Assembly: GCA_038238915.1 (NCBI GenBank)
Contig: JBBSFH010000003.1
Location: forward strand, 105,294 to 169,293
Source: Sphingomonadales bacterium
Lineage (GTDB): Bacteria > Pseudomonadota > Alphaproteobacteria > Sphingomonadales > Sphingomonadaceae
Length of the DNA stretch: 64,000 nucleotides
Direction: 5' to 3'
The notes below the pieces were generated by a model, which saw only the letters and a program-made list of their open reading frames with translations, did no database searches and had not been told where the DNA came from. The stretch's first letter is position 1. The number at the start of each line of letters is the position of its first letter. Made by a program: the position numbers and the translations under genes. This document shows positions 10,070-18,821 of the stretch, piece by piece.

Positions 10070-11032
10070 CTAGTGCCCGGCCACGTGTGCGCCGCCGCTG
10101 AACTGACCCCGGATTTTGATCACCGCGGGAAGCATCAGCACCGCAATCATCGTCGGCAACAGGAACACGACCACGGGTACGGACAGCAGCACCGGCAGGC
10201 GATGGGCTTTCTCCTCCGCACGCATCCGCCGCGCCTCGCGCATTTCGGCAGCGTAGATGCGCAGACCCTGCGCGATGCTCGATCCGAGGCGGGCGGACTG
10301 GTTGAGCAGCGCGACGAAAGCTGCAATCTCGGTCAGGCCCGACCGACGGCCGAGATTCTTCAGCGCGTCCTCGCGCGTGCGTCCGGCGCGCAGCTCGAGT
10401 GTCAGCGCGGCGAAAAGCTCGGAGAGGAGGGGATGCGCCTCGGTGATCTCGGCTCCGACGCGGGCGAAGCTGGCGTCGATGCCAAGACCCGCCTCGACGC
10501 ATACCAGCAGCAGGTCGAGCGCGTCGGGGAACGCATTAAGGATCGCTTTGCGCCGCTCGCCCGCCTTTGACGAGATGATGAAGTCGGGAAGATACAAGCC
10601 AGCCGCAGCCGCACCCACGATCTCCATGTAGGTGTTGAGCGAGCCAGGATAGTGGGTGAGAGTGAAATAGGCCACGACGAGCGCGGGCATGCCGAGCGTC
10701 AGCAATGTCTTTGCAAAGACGAACACGCGAACCGCGTGAGGCTGCGAATAGCCCGCCAGCATAAGCTTGTTGGAGAGCGTATCGGCCTTGTCATCCGCGA
10801 GCGAAATCCCGCGCCGCTCGATCTCGCGGACCAATCGCGCCCAAGGTGAGCGGGTATGATCGGTCAGGAGCCGCATCTGATTCGGCTCGGCACTCATGTC
10901 TGCCGATGCCAGGCGTCGTCGGAGATCGACTTTTGGCTCGAACATCGGCGCCAACGCCATGACTGCCAGCGCGACGGCCGCAAAAATGACCAGTGAGACG
11001 AGCAGAAGCTGTGTGTCCGGTCCCGAAAACAT
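10070..11032 (-). CDS. tadC: Flp pilus assembly inner-membrane platform protein TadC (T2SS-F family)
   Basis: 320 aa. N-terminal TM, cytoplasmic T2SSF-like domain (...FPDALDLLLVCVEAGLGIDASFARVG...), C-terminal TM pair. Paralogous to and adjacent to tadB. Confidence 0.85.
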   Translation of the reverse strand: MFSGPDTQLLLVSLVIFAAVALAVMALAPMFEPKVDLRRRLASADMSAEPNQMRLLTDHTRSPWARLVREIERRGISLADDKADTLSNKLMLAGYSQPHAVRVFVFAKTLLTLGMPALVVAYFTLTHYPGSLNTYMEIVGAAAAGLYLPDFIISSKAGERRKAILNAFPDALDLLLVCVEAGLGIDASFARVGAEITEAHPLLSELFAALTLELRAGRTREDALKNLGRRSGLTEIAAFVALLNQSARLGSSIAQGLRIYAAEMREARRMRAEEKAHRLPVLLSVPVVVFLLPTMIAVLMLPAVIKIRGQFSGGAHVAGH

Positions 11033-11033
11033 C

Positions 11034-12029
11034 CTACACCTTTATCTTGATCATGCTCTTCATGACCACGACCCCCGTTGCGTACATCGCAAACATGATC
11101 GCAACGCCAGGCATGAACCAGCGGTCGTCGAGCACGTCCAGATAGAATTTGGGCTGCACCGCGAATAGAAAGCAGAAGGTGGCGACCGGCAGCAGGCTCA
11201 GCATCATGCCCGTGATCTTGCCCTCGCTCGAAAGCGCGCGGACTTTGAGGACCATGCTCGCGCGTTCGCGTATGACCCGGGCCAGGCCATCGAGAATATC
11301 CGCCAGATTGCCGCCGGTGTCCGCCTGGATCGAGACCGAGACCACGAACATCTGCATGTCCGGCGTGCTCACCCGCTCGGCGAGATTGCTTAGCGCGCGG
11401 CGCAGATCATAGCCGTAGTTCATCTCGTCGATGACGGTGCGGAACTCGGTCCGGATCGGCTCGGGGGATTCTTCAACCAGCAGGATCAGCGCACTCTGCA
11501 CCGGATGCCCTGCACGCAGGCCGCGCACGAAGATGTCGAGCGCGGTCGGGAACTGTGCCTCGAATTTGCCGATGCGCGACGCGCCACGACGCGCGACGAG
11601 CGCCAGCGGCAGCGCCACGCCGACGGCGAGCGCAAAGACGAGCACGAGCAGAATCGCGGCGGGCGATCGGAATCTCCCCAGAATGCCCCCCAGCACCGGA
11701 AATCCGATTGCAATCGCAGCGGTCGCGCCCACCATCTTCATCAGGAAGCGCTCCGGCCGAGTGGTCATCCCGGCCTGTCCAAGCTGGCGTGTGAGGAATG
11801 CCCAGAGCGGGATTGGGATCCAGGCCGGCCCGCGCCGACCCGCATCGCGTCGAAGCGTGGCCCGGGCCGCATCGCCGGTGCTATCGGCCGCGAGCGCCCG
11901 CATCCGCTTGGCAATCCGAGTGTCGGATCCGCGTTGATCCTGCAGCAGGCGGTAGAGCCCGACCACCACGAGCGCGATCGCAGCGAACACGATCGCGTAG
12001 AACAGCAGCATCGCCTCGTCGCGGGTCAT
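11034..12029 (-). CDS. tadB: Flp pilus assembly inner-membrane platform protein TadB (T2SS-F family)
   Basis: 331 aa with the same architecture (...FPTALDIFVRGLRAGHPVQSAL...). The ATG overlaps the cpaF stop (ATGA at 12026-12029). Confidence 0.85.
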   Translation of the reverse strand: MTRDEAMLLFYAIVFAAIALVVVGLYRLLQDQRGSDTRIAKRMRALAADSTGDAARATLRRDAGRRGPAWIPIPLWAFLTRQLGQAGMTTRPERFLMKMVGATAAIAIGFPVLGGILGRFRSPAAILLVLVFALAVGVALPLALVARRGASRIGKFEAQFPTALDIFVRGLRAGHPVQSALILLVEESPEPIRTEFRTVIDEMNYGYDLRRALSNLAERVSTPDMQMFVVSVSIQADTGGNLADILDGLARVIRERASMVLKVRALSSEGKITGMMLSLLPVATFCFLFAVQPKFYLDVLDDRWFMPGVAIMFAMYATGVVVMKSMIKIKV

Positions 12030-13447
12030 GCGACCACCTGCGTGTCGGAGAAGGGATTGAAGACGTGTTGGGGTATGTCGATCCCGCGCGCGTTGAGCAC
12101 GCGCATGAAGTTCGGACGAACGCCTGTGGGCCGGAAACTGCCGATCACCTTGCCGTCAGCAGCGATCCCCAGACGTTCGAAGCGGAAGATTTCCTGGAGT
12201 AGCACCACATCGCCTTCCATGCCCGTTACCTCGGACAGTGAGGTCAAGCGGCGGCTGCCATCGCTCAGGCGTTCGAGCTGGAGCACGATCTGAACCGCAG
12301 ATGCGATCTGGTTGCGAATTGAGCGCGGGGCGATATCCAGCCCCGCCATGCCGACCATCTGTTCGACGCGGCTGAGCGCATCGCGGGCCGTATTTGCGTG
12401 GACGGTGGTCATCGAGCCATCGTGGCCCGTGTTCATCGCCTGCAGCACGTCGAACGCCTCGCCCGAGCGGATTTCGCCCAGGATGATGCGATCGGGGCGC
12501 ATTCGCAGCGCGTTCTTGAGCAGTTCGCGTTGTGCGATTTCTCCACGCCCCTCGATGTTCGCGGGCCGGGTTTCCAGCCGGACCACGTGGCGCTGCTGGA
12601 GCTGGAGCTCGGCGGAATCCTCGATCGTGACCACGCGCTCGTGTCCGTCGATCGCCGACGACATCGCATTCAACATCGTCGTCTTGCCCGATCCGGTGCC
12701 GCCCGAGATCAGCACGTTGCGCCGTGCGCGCACCACCCCTTCAAGGACCAGCGCGCAATCCGCGCTCATCGATCCCAGTTGGACGAGGCGAGCCATGTCG
12801 ATCGGCGTCTTGGAAAACTTGCGGATCGACAGCACCGGCCCGTCGAGCGCCAATGGCGGGATAATCGCGTTGATACGGCTGCCATCGGGCAGACGCGCAT
12901 CGACCATCGGCGAGCTTTCATCGACCCGGCGGCCGACATTGGCGACGATCTTGCCGATCACGCGCAGCAGGTGGCGATCGTCGGCAAAGCGCGTGCGCGT
13001 CTCCTCGATCTTGCCGAAGCGCTCGATGAACACGAGCGAGGCACCATTGACCATGATGTCCGAAATCGTCGGATCTTTGAGCAGGGGTTCGAGCGGCCCC
13101 AGACCCATCATCTCATCGACGATATCGTCCACGAGCTGGCGGCGCTCGACGAGATTGAGCGCATAACTTTCCTCCTTCAGCATCTCCGAGACGAGATCGC
13201 CGATCTCGCGGCTCACCTGATCGCGGGTGAGCGTATCGAGCGCGGCGAGATTGATTCGTTCGATCAGTTTCTGGTGCAGGCTGACCTTGAGTTCGGTGTG
13301 CTGATTGATCTTGGACAGCTCGGGGGCGGGCGTTGCGGCAGGAGCGGCAGGAGCGGGAGTGATTGCCGGAGAGGGCGCGCGCGCGCGATCGGGCTCGCGC
13401 CCGTCGGACGGAACCTCGGTCGGCTGCGGGCGCGTGGGCCACTTCAC
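12026..13447 (-). CDS. cpaF: Flp pilus assembly ATPase CpaF/TadA
   Basis: Walker A ISGGTGSGKTTMLNAM, Asp box VVTIEDSAELQL, Walker B/His box RMRPDRIILGEIR...GHDGSMTTVHAN. The proposed GTG start at 13447 overlaps the stop of the cpaE C-terminal frame (GTGA). It is aa 414 of the 886-aa track ORF. Confidence 0.9.
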   Translation of the reverse strand: MKWPTRPQPTEVPSDGREPDRARAPSPAITPAPAAPAATPAPELSKINQHTELKVSLHQKLIERINLAALDTLTRDQVSREIGDLVSEMLKEESYALNLVERRQLVDDIVDEMMGLGPLEPLLKDPTISDIMVNGASLVFIERFGKIEETRTRFADDRHLLRVIGKIVANVGRRVDESSPMVDARLPDGSRINAIIPPLALDGPVLSIRKFSKTPIDMARLVQLGSMSADCALVLEGVVRARRNVLISGGTGSGKTTMLNAMSSAIDGHERVVTIEDSAELQLQQRHVVRLETRPANIEGRGEIAQRELLKNALRMRPDRIILGEIRSGEAFDVLQAMNTGHDGSMTTVHANTARDALSRVEQMVGMAGLDIAPRSIRNQIASAVQIVLQLERLSDGSRRLTSLSEVTGMEGDVVLLQEIFRFERLGIAADGKVIGSFRPTGVRPNFMRVLNARGIDIPQHVFNPFSDTQVVA

Positions 13448-14671
13448 GTCGCCACCTCCGCCGCCTTGAGCGCGGCAGCAAGGGATTTCACCATCGCGCG
13501 CAGATCGCGCTCGGTCCGTGATCGCGGCTTTATGGCGGACAATGGTTTGCCCTGATCGATCGCCGAGCTGACGAGGCGATAATCGTTGGTGATCCCGAAA
13601 TCGATCTTGCGTCCGATCGCAGCTTCGCTCTCGCTCAGATCGGCGCGGCCGAACAGCGGATGGATGATGCGGTTGACGACAAGCTGAACCCGATCGGCAA
13701 AGCCATTCTGCGCGATCACCTCGAGCTGCCGGCTTGGCCTGATGCAGACCGGGAACCGACAGGCCGGTCACCAGACACGTTATCGCCGACCTTTCGATCG
13801 CGTGCATCGACCACTCGGTCCACGCAGCCGGCAGCTCCAGGAGCACGATATCATAGGCTTCCGTCGCAGCATCGAGCACGCGGTCCACCCCTTCGACACC
13901 GACCGCGTCGAGAGGGCGCAGATCGATCGGTGCGCCCACCACCTCGAGACCCGAGCCGTGGCGCACAGCGATCGAGCGCAGCAACTCGCCGTCCAGCCGG
14001 GCGCCCGCCTCGATCACATCGGTCAGTCCGAGTTGCGGGCGCAAGTCCAGGTACAGCGCGGCAGTTCCGAACTGGACGTTGAAATCGATCAGGCACACTC
14101 GGGCGTCCGCCGCCCAGAGTATGCCGAGCTGCGTCGCGATGCTGGTCACGCCGCTGCCGCCGATCGCGCCGACGAGCGCGACGACCTGACCCCGGCGTGC
14201 CGGCGCTCGCGCACGCGCGATTACGCGGCCCATTTCGGTCACCGCGCGGACCGTCTGCCTGACATCGTCGAGCACCAGCGGGAAGGCCAGCGCGTCGGCG
14301 GCGGCCGCACGCATCGCGAGGCGGGTGCGATCGACGTCGAGATCGCGGATCGCGGCGATCACGGGAACGCTGCCCGCCAGATCGCGGGCGAAGCGTTCGA
14401 ACTCGACGCGCTGCGTCGGCACGGCGGGATCGATCTCGAAAATAATCACGTCCGCGTCGCGCAGTTCGGCGGCCGCTGCGGCGACGTTGACGAGCAGCGC
14501 GCTGTCCACGCGCACGTCCATGTCATCGGCATCGCTGAGCGCCGCGGCTGCGGCCAGCGAGGTGCCGGGCTGAAGCAGCAGGCGGACACGCGTGGCGCGA
14601 TCGTTCGACCGCGTCGGCTCCCCGATCTCGCGTCGGATGGGAACAATCTGCGCCGTGGCGGCGGGGTTCAT
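13444..14671 (-). pseudogene. cpaE: cpaE/tadZ (ParA/MinD-like pilus localisation ATPase) interrupted by a 1-nt frameshift near 13729-13732
   Basis: The N-terminal 318 aa are CpaE-like (receiver-like domain, deviant Walker A VALVGAIGGSGVTSIATQLG). They lie in the frame of ORF 12026..14686. The genuine C-terminus (IAQNGFADRVQLVVNRIIHPLFGRADLSESEAAIGRKIDFGITNDYRLVSSAIDQGKPL...) is in ORF 13444..13719, another frame. The junction reads ...HQAK|(c)RQLEVIAQNG at a CCGG. Start is the ATG at 14671 or the TTG at 14686. Confidence 0.7.
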
Positions 14672-14682
14672 TTCATCCCCGC

Positions 14683-14994
14683 TCAATTCGGGGTCTGGAT
14701 GATCGGAATCGAGACAGTGGCCTGTTCTCCAGCGCCGCCCTGTCCGCCGATATCGGTCTTGCCGTTTGTCTTGAGCAGGGGCTTGAGCTTGCCCGCCCGG
14801 TAGCGGATCAGCGCGTCGGTACTGCGCTGCCCGTCGCCGCCCTCGATCAATGCGCCCTCGAACCGCGGATGCGGATCGGCGATCTGCGTTGCAATGTTAC
14901 TGCGTACCGACGCGCCGAGTTCGGGATCGGGTTCGGCGCGCGCGGCGGTGGCACCAAGCGCGATCAGGCCGAGATATGCCAGCATCCGTCTCAT
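14683..14994 (-). CDS. Small secreted protein in the cpaD position of the tad operon
   Basis: ATG at 14994 gives MRRMLAYLGLIALGATAARA|EPD..., a clear signal peptide. It sits between the cpaC stop (14997) and the cpaE start. I recognised no family. Confidence 0.5.
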   Translation of the reverse strand: MRRMLAYLGLIALGATAARAEPDPELGASVRSNIATQIADPHPRFEGALIEGGDGQRSTDALIRYRAGKLKPLLKTNGKTDIGGQGGAGEQATVSIPIIQTPN

Positions 14995-14996
14995 AA

Positions 14997-16402
14997 TCAC
15001 CTCAATACATGCCCGTGATCGCCTTCGATGCCGCCCGGCTGGACGCTGGGTGTCTTGACGACCCCGCGCTTCTCGGACTTGCCGAACAGCAGGATGTCGG
15101 CATCGCCGGGCTGCTGGACGCGGTCGGTAGGCAGCGCGATCGCGTCCGCCGAGACGGGGCGCACGATATGCGGCGTAACTATGATGACCAGTTCGGTCTC
15201 GTTGCGATTGTAGAGCGTCGAGCGGAACAGCGCGCCCAGGATCGGGATGCGGCCGAGCAGCGGGATCGCCTTCACCGTGTCCTGGAAATCGGACTGGATC
15301 AGTCCCGCCATGGCAAAGGACTGACCGTCGCGCAGTTCGAGCGCGGTCTTGGCGCGGCGCACCTTGAGGCCGGGGATCTGCAAGCCCGAAATCGTGACGC
15401 CGGCTGCGGGGTCCAGCGAACTGACCTCGGGCGCGACCGAAAGATTGATCAGCCCGTCCTCGATCACGGTCGGCACGAAGGCGAGCGCGACTCCGAACTG
15501 CTTGAACTCGATCTGCAGGCGGCCGTTCGAGTCGACGCCCGTCGGCACCGGGAACTCGCCGCCAGCAAGGAAACTCGCGGTCTCTCCCGAGAGCGCAACC
15601 AGATTGGGCTGGGCGAGCGTATGGACGAGGCCCTGCTGCTCCAGCGCGTCGATCTGGAGCGAGACGCCCGCGCCGAGGAAGTTGGCGAGGAATTGAAGGG
15701 ATTGGCCTTGGGATCGATCTGCGGGACCGAGTAGCCGCCCGCCAGCGGGCCGTTCGCGGTCAGGCCGTTCTGGGTGATTGCCCCATTGCCTACAGTGGTG
15801 TTGGTGGTGCGGATCGCGCCGTTGAATACCGTCAGGCTGTTGATCCCCAGCGCCTTGACCGTCCCGCGCGACATCTCGGCGAAGCGCACCTCCAGCAGAA
15901 CCTGCTGCGGCTGGCCGACGTTCATCAGGTTGATGACCTTCTTGGGCGCGAAGGTCTCCGCCACGATCGCTGCACGTTCGGCCGCCGCCGCGCTCGACAC
16001 CTTGCCCTCGAGCACGATCGAATCGTTGGAAACGCTCACCCCCACGTGTTCGCTGGGCATCAGTTCGGACAATCGGCGCTTCAGGCCCTGCGTGTCCGGA
16101 CCTACCACCACGTCCACGACCGCGATGACGCCGCCCTTGCGATCGAGCAGTGTCAGGTTGGTGACACCGATCTTCTTGCCCATGACGTAGACCGCGCGGA
16201 TCGACGTGGGCAGTACGTCTGCGATCTCGCTATTGCCGATCAGCGCGCGCGCAATCGGCTGTTCCACGCGCAGCGTCTGCGACTTGTTGAGCGCGACGTT
16301 CATCTCGGCGTTGCCATGCACGAGCATGGGCGCGGTCTGTGCGTAGCCGGGCAGGGGGCTGCCCACGAGGAGCGCGATGATGGGGACGATGTGTTTCATC
16401 AA
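14997..16402 (-). pseudogene. cpaC: cpaC/rcpA outer-membrane secretin, interrupted by a frameshift at about 15685-15730
   Basis: ORF 15464..16402 carries the signal peptide and N-domains up to ...GPLAGGYSVPQIDPKANPF, then turns into Ser/Arg-rich nonsense. The secretin domain continues in another frame: (FLANFLGAGVSLQIDALEQQGLVHTLAQPNLVALSGETASFLAGGEFPV)PTGVDSNGRLQIEFKQFGV...IPLLGRIPILGALFRS...ELVIIVTPHIV. Only its tail is listed, as ORF 14997..15548. Confidence 0.7.
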
Positions 16403-17460
16403 CTTGGCACCGCGTAACTCTCCGAGACCGAACCCTTTTGGGTGCCGCGCACGATCTCGATGTGCGCCGCCGCCTCGTGGCGTGGCGCACGCGCGACGCG
16501 CATTGCGCTGCGGTGGACAATCGGCGCGGGCGCGCGGCGCGGGCCGTCGTGTAGATCGGCAAGATAGGTGGTGGGCACGGCGGCGCGGCTTTCATCGGTG
16601 AGCGCGCGCAGCGCCAGCGTCAGCGTACCGCTGGGCAGATTGGAGCCGAGCACAAGCTTGGCCGCCTGTTCCGCAGTGACCTCGAGCGTCGCGGTACGGA
16701 CCGGGGTCGGTTTCTCGTTCAAGGTGTTGGCGTTCTGCCCGATCGCCAGCACGCGCACGTTCTGCACCAGGAGATCGCTGATCGGCGTGGGCCTGGCGGC
16801 GTCCGTGCTGACGGTGCGCAGTGCCGTGCCGCCCGACTGTACGCCGGGCGGAACATAGGCGAGTGGGCGACGGCCGTTCGTGCTCGCGCCAGGCTGCGGT
16901 GCCGCGACGGCCGCTACGACCGAACTGGCCGCCGCCGCTGCCGCCGCGCTGTCCATCGCGCGCTGCGAGACGATGGTTTCGGTACGCGCCGCCTTCTCGG
17001 GCGGAGTGTAGGAGACGAAGATATCGACGCGGTCCCCGGGGGCGACGAGGCCCGCGACGCCGGTGGGTTCGGATACGTTGACCGAGATGGCGCGCATGGA
17101 TGGACCGATGACGCCCAGCATCGAGAGGCGGTTGCCCTTGGCGGAGATCGCAGCATCGGTGATGACCTCGTTCACGCCGATCGGTCGCAGCGCAACCCGA
17201 GCGCCGTTGGCGACTGCAAGCGGGATGCTGGCGAACGCATCTGCGGGGCGCGACGCGGCGGGAAGCTCGATCAGCTTGAGCGCATCGGCCGAAATCTTGT
17301 CGCCGAACTGGAGGGCGCGGGCGGCGGCGACGACGGGGAGTGTCGCGGAAGCAACGACCGGCGAAGTTCCCCGTGGGCGCAGGATGGTGCGCGCAAGGAC
17401 CACCCCGATCAGGCCGAGGATGAGCGCCGCGGCGAGCATGACGAGAGACGATCTACGCAT
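16399..17460 (-). CDS. cpaB: Flp pilus assembly protein CpaB/RcpC
   Basis: N-terminal TM anchor MRRSSLVMLAAALILGLIGVVLA. SAF-like region (...FGDKISADALKLIELP...) and RcpC-type C-terminal part (...VQNVRVLAIGQN...ATLEVTAEQAAKLVL). ATGA overlap with cpaC. Confidence 0.85.
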   Translation of the reverse strand: MRRSSLVMLAAALILGLIGVVLARTILRPRGTSPVVASATLPVVAAARALQFGDKISADALKLIELPAASRPADAFASIPLAVANGARVALRPIGVNEVITDAAISAKGNRLSMLGVIGPSMRAISVNVSEPTGVAGLVAPGDRVDIFVSYTPPEKAARTETIVSQRAMDSAAAAAAASSVVAAVAAPQPGASTNGRRPLAYVPPGVQSGGTALRTVSTDAARPTPISDLLVQNVRVLAIGQNANTLNEKPTPVRTATLEVTAEQAAKLVLGSNLPSGTLTLALRALTDESRAAVPTTYLADLHDGPRRAPAPIVHRSAMRVARAPRHEAAAHIEIVRGTQKGSVSESYAVPS

Positions 17461-17493
17461 ACGCTATCGACTCTCCCGAGAGATAACTACATC

Positions 17494-17518
17494 AAAACCA
17501 GACAACGACGCGGTCTGG
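17494..17518 (-). terminator. Intrinsic-terminator-like hairpin (attenuator) after the second flp gene
   Basis: The minus strand reads CCAGAC-cgcgtcgtt-GTCTGG followed by TTTT. It lies between the flp stop (17534) and the cpaB start (17460). Confidence 0.45.
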
Positions 17519-17533
17519 GATACTCTTAATAAA

Positions 17534-17692
17534 TTACTTTGCCGTTATCAGCGCAGACGCGCTTTCCAGTACGCCGCTGATCGCCGATCCGAGGACGGAG
17601 AGACCCGCGAGCACCAGGAATGCGATGACCGCCGCGATCAGGGCATACTCCACCGCCGCGGCACCACGTCTATCAAGAAGCCATGCTTTCAC
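17534..17692 (-). CDS. flp: Flp-family type IVb pilin (52 aa), second copy
   Basis: Hand translation gives (GTG)VKAWLLDRRGAAAVEYALIAAVIAFLVLAGLSVLGSAISGVLESASALITAK*. It has the Flp signature G/AAAVEYALI plus a hydrophobic helix. It is too short for the 60-aa ORF track. Confidence 0.8.
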   Translation of the reverse strand: MKAWLLDRRGAAAVEYALIAAVIAFLVLAGLSVLGSAISGVLESASALITAK

Positions 17693-17715
17693 GATTTGAC
17701 CCCGAAAATCCGGTG

Positions 17716-17741
17716 CAGGGCTCGCGCGAACGCGAGCCCTG
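17716..17741 (-). terminator. Intrinsic-terminator-like hairpin directly after the first flp gene
   Basis: The minus strand reads CAGGGCTCGCG-ttcg-CGCGAGCCCTG, a perfect 11-bp stem. It starts 6 nt after the flp stop codon and is followed by caccggATTTTc. Confidence 0.55.
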
Positions 17742-17747
17742 TCTCGG

Positions 17748-17927
17748 TTACTTGGCGTGGGTGCTGTCGAGCTTCGCGGCGGTGTCGGTCAGCGTGCTGC
17801 TGATGCTGGTGCCGAACGTGTTGAGTGCGACGACGATCAGGCCGCCGATCACTGCGATGATCAGCGCATACTCGGCGGCGGCGGCGCCGCTGTTGCTCTT
17901 CTTGAGGTTCGAAAGAAGCTTGGTCAT
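17748..17927 (-). CDS. flp: Flp-family type IVb pilin (59 aa), first copy
   Basis: Hand translation gives MTKLLSNLKKSNSGAAAAEYALIIAVIGGLIVVALNTFGTSISSTLTDTAAKLDSTHAK*. Flp motif G/AAAAEYALI. ATG at 17927, TAA at 17748-17750. Below the ORF-track length cutoff. Confidence 0.85.
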   Translation of the reverse strand: MTKLLSNLKKSNSGAAAAEYALIIAVIGGLIVVALNTFGTSISSTLTDTAAKLDSTHAK

Positions 17928-18401
17928 GATTTACCCTTTTTACTAGCCACTGTTGAACTCGACTCGCCTGTGACCTCTCGGCTACAGAAAAGACGAGCAG
18001 AGCGCGACCGGAGTCCTGCCTGTCCACACCCCTACACTGAGTCCTGAACCGTTTCGGTTCGGACTCGTCATCCGGCTACACAGCTATTTCTGGGGCGTAA
18101 AGAGACAATTGCGATTGTTTGTTGGAAACAACGACATGACGGGGAATCTTAGTAATTTTTACACGTGCATCACCCTTTAAGAAAACCTATATAAATCAGA
18201 GCTTTACGGGGTCGCCTAGCAACATTCGGCTCCGGGTCGCTGTGCGACCGTATGTTGCAGCTCGGCCACAGGGCAATATCATCGTTCTAACTGCCACGAT
18301 TCGTTTCTTCGCCATCCTGCACGAATAATGTTGACGATCCGCATTAATTGGTTAATCGAGTAGCCGCTGGCTTGACCGGCAAGTCGAACAGGCGGTGTTG
18401 G

Positions 18402-18821
18402 ATGCGTGTCTTACGGGACCGGAAAGGGGCGGCGGCGGCTGAGTTCGCGCTCGTTTCGCTGCTGCTGATGACCATGATCTTCGGCACTTTCCAGTATGGT
18501 AGCCTGCTGTTCACCTACGTCGCGATGGAAGATGCGGCGCGTAACGCGGCACGCGCGCTCGCGGTCTGTGCCATATCCACCGAAAGCGATGCGATCGCGC
18601 AGGCCCGGCCGACGCTTCCTTCGTGGATCGCGGCGGGGAATTTCACCTTCTCGCTTCCAGCCACCGCCGATGCCAATGACGTCGCGTTCCAGATCAGCGT
18701 GCCCAGCAGCAAGGCCACGATCCTGTCTCTGGTGCCCATGCCCGAAATGCTGACGACCAGCGTGACGATGCGCTACGAACCGCTCTCCTACGCGCCCGGC
18801 TCATGCCTCTCCGGCGCCTGA
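18402..18821 (+). CDS. TadE-like pseudopilin / pilus assembly protein
   Basis: ATG at 18402 inside ORF 18348..18821. The N-terminus MRVLRDRKGAAAAEFALVSLLLMTMIFG is the TadE/TadG-type processed leader plus hydrophobic helix. Divergent from the flp operon. Confidence 0.75.
   Translation: MRVLRDRKGAAAAEFALVSLLLMTMIFGTFQYGSLLFTYVAMEDAARNAARALAVCAISTESDAIAQARPTLPSWIAAGNFTFSLPATADANDVAFQISVPSSKATILSLVPMPEMLTTSVTMRYEPLSYAPGSCLSGA

Noticed and set aside
12026-14686. 886-aa ORF as a genuine natural CpaE-CpaF fusion protein
   Set aside because: About 95 central residues are compositional nonsense. The authentic CpaE C-terminus sits in a different frame (13444..13719) and ends in a GTGA overlap with a plausible cpaF start. 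The simplest reading is two genes plus a 1-nt indel.
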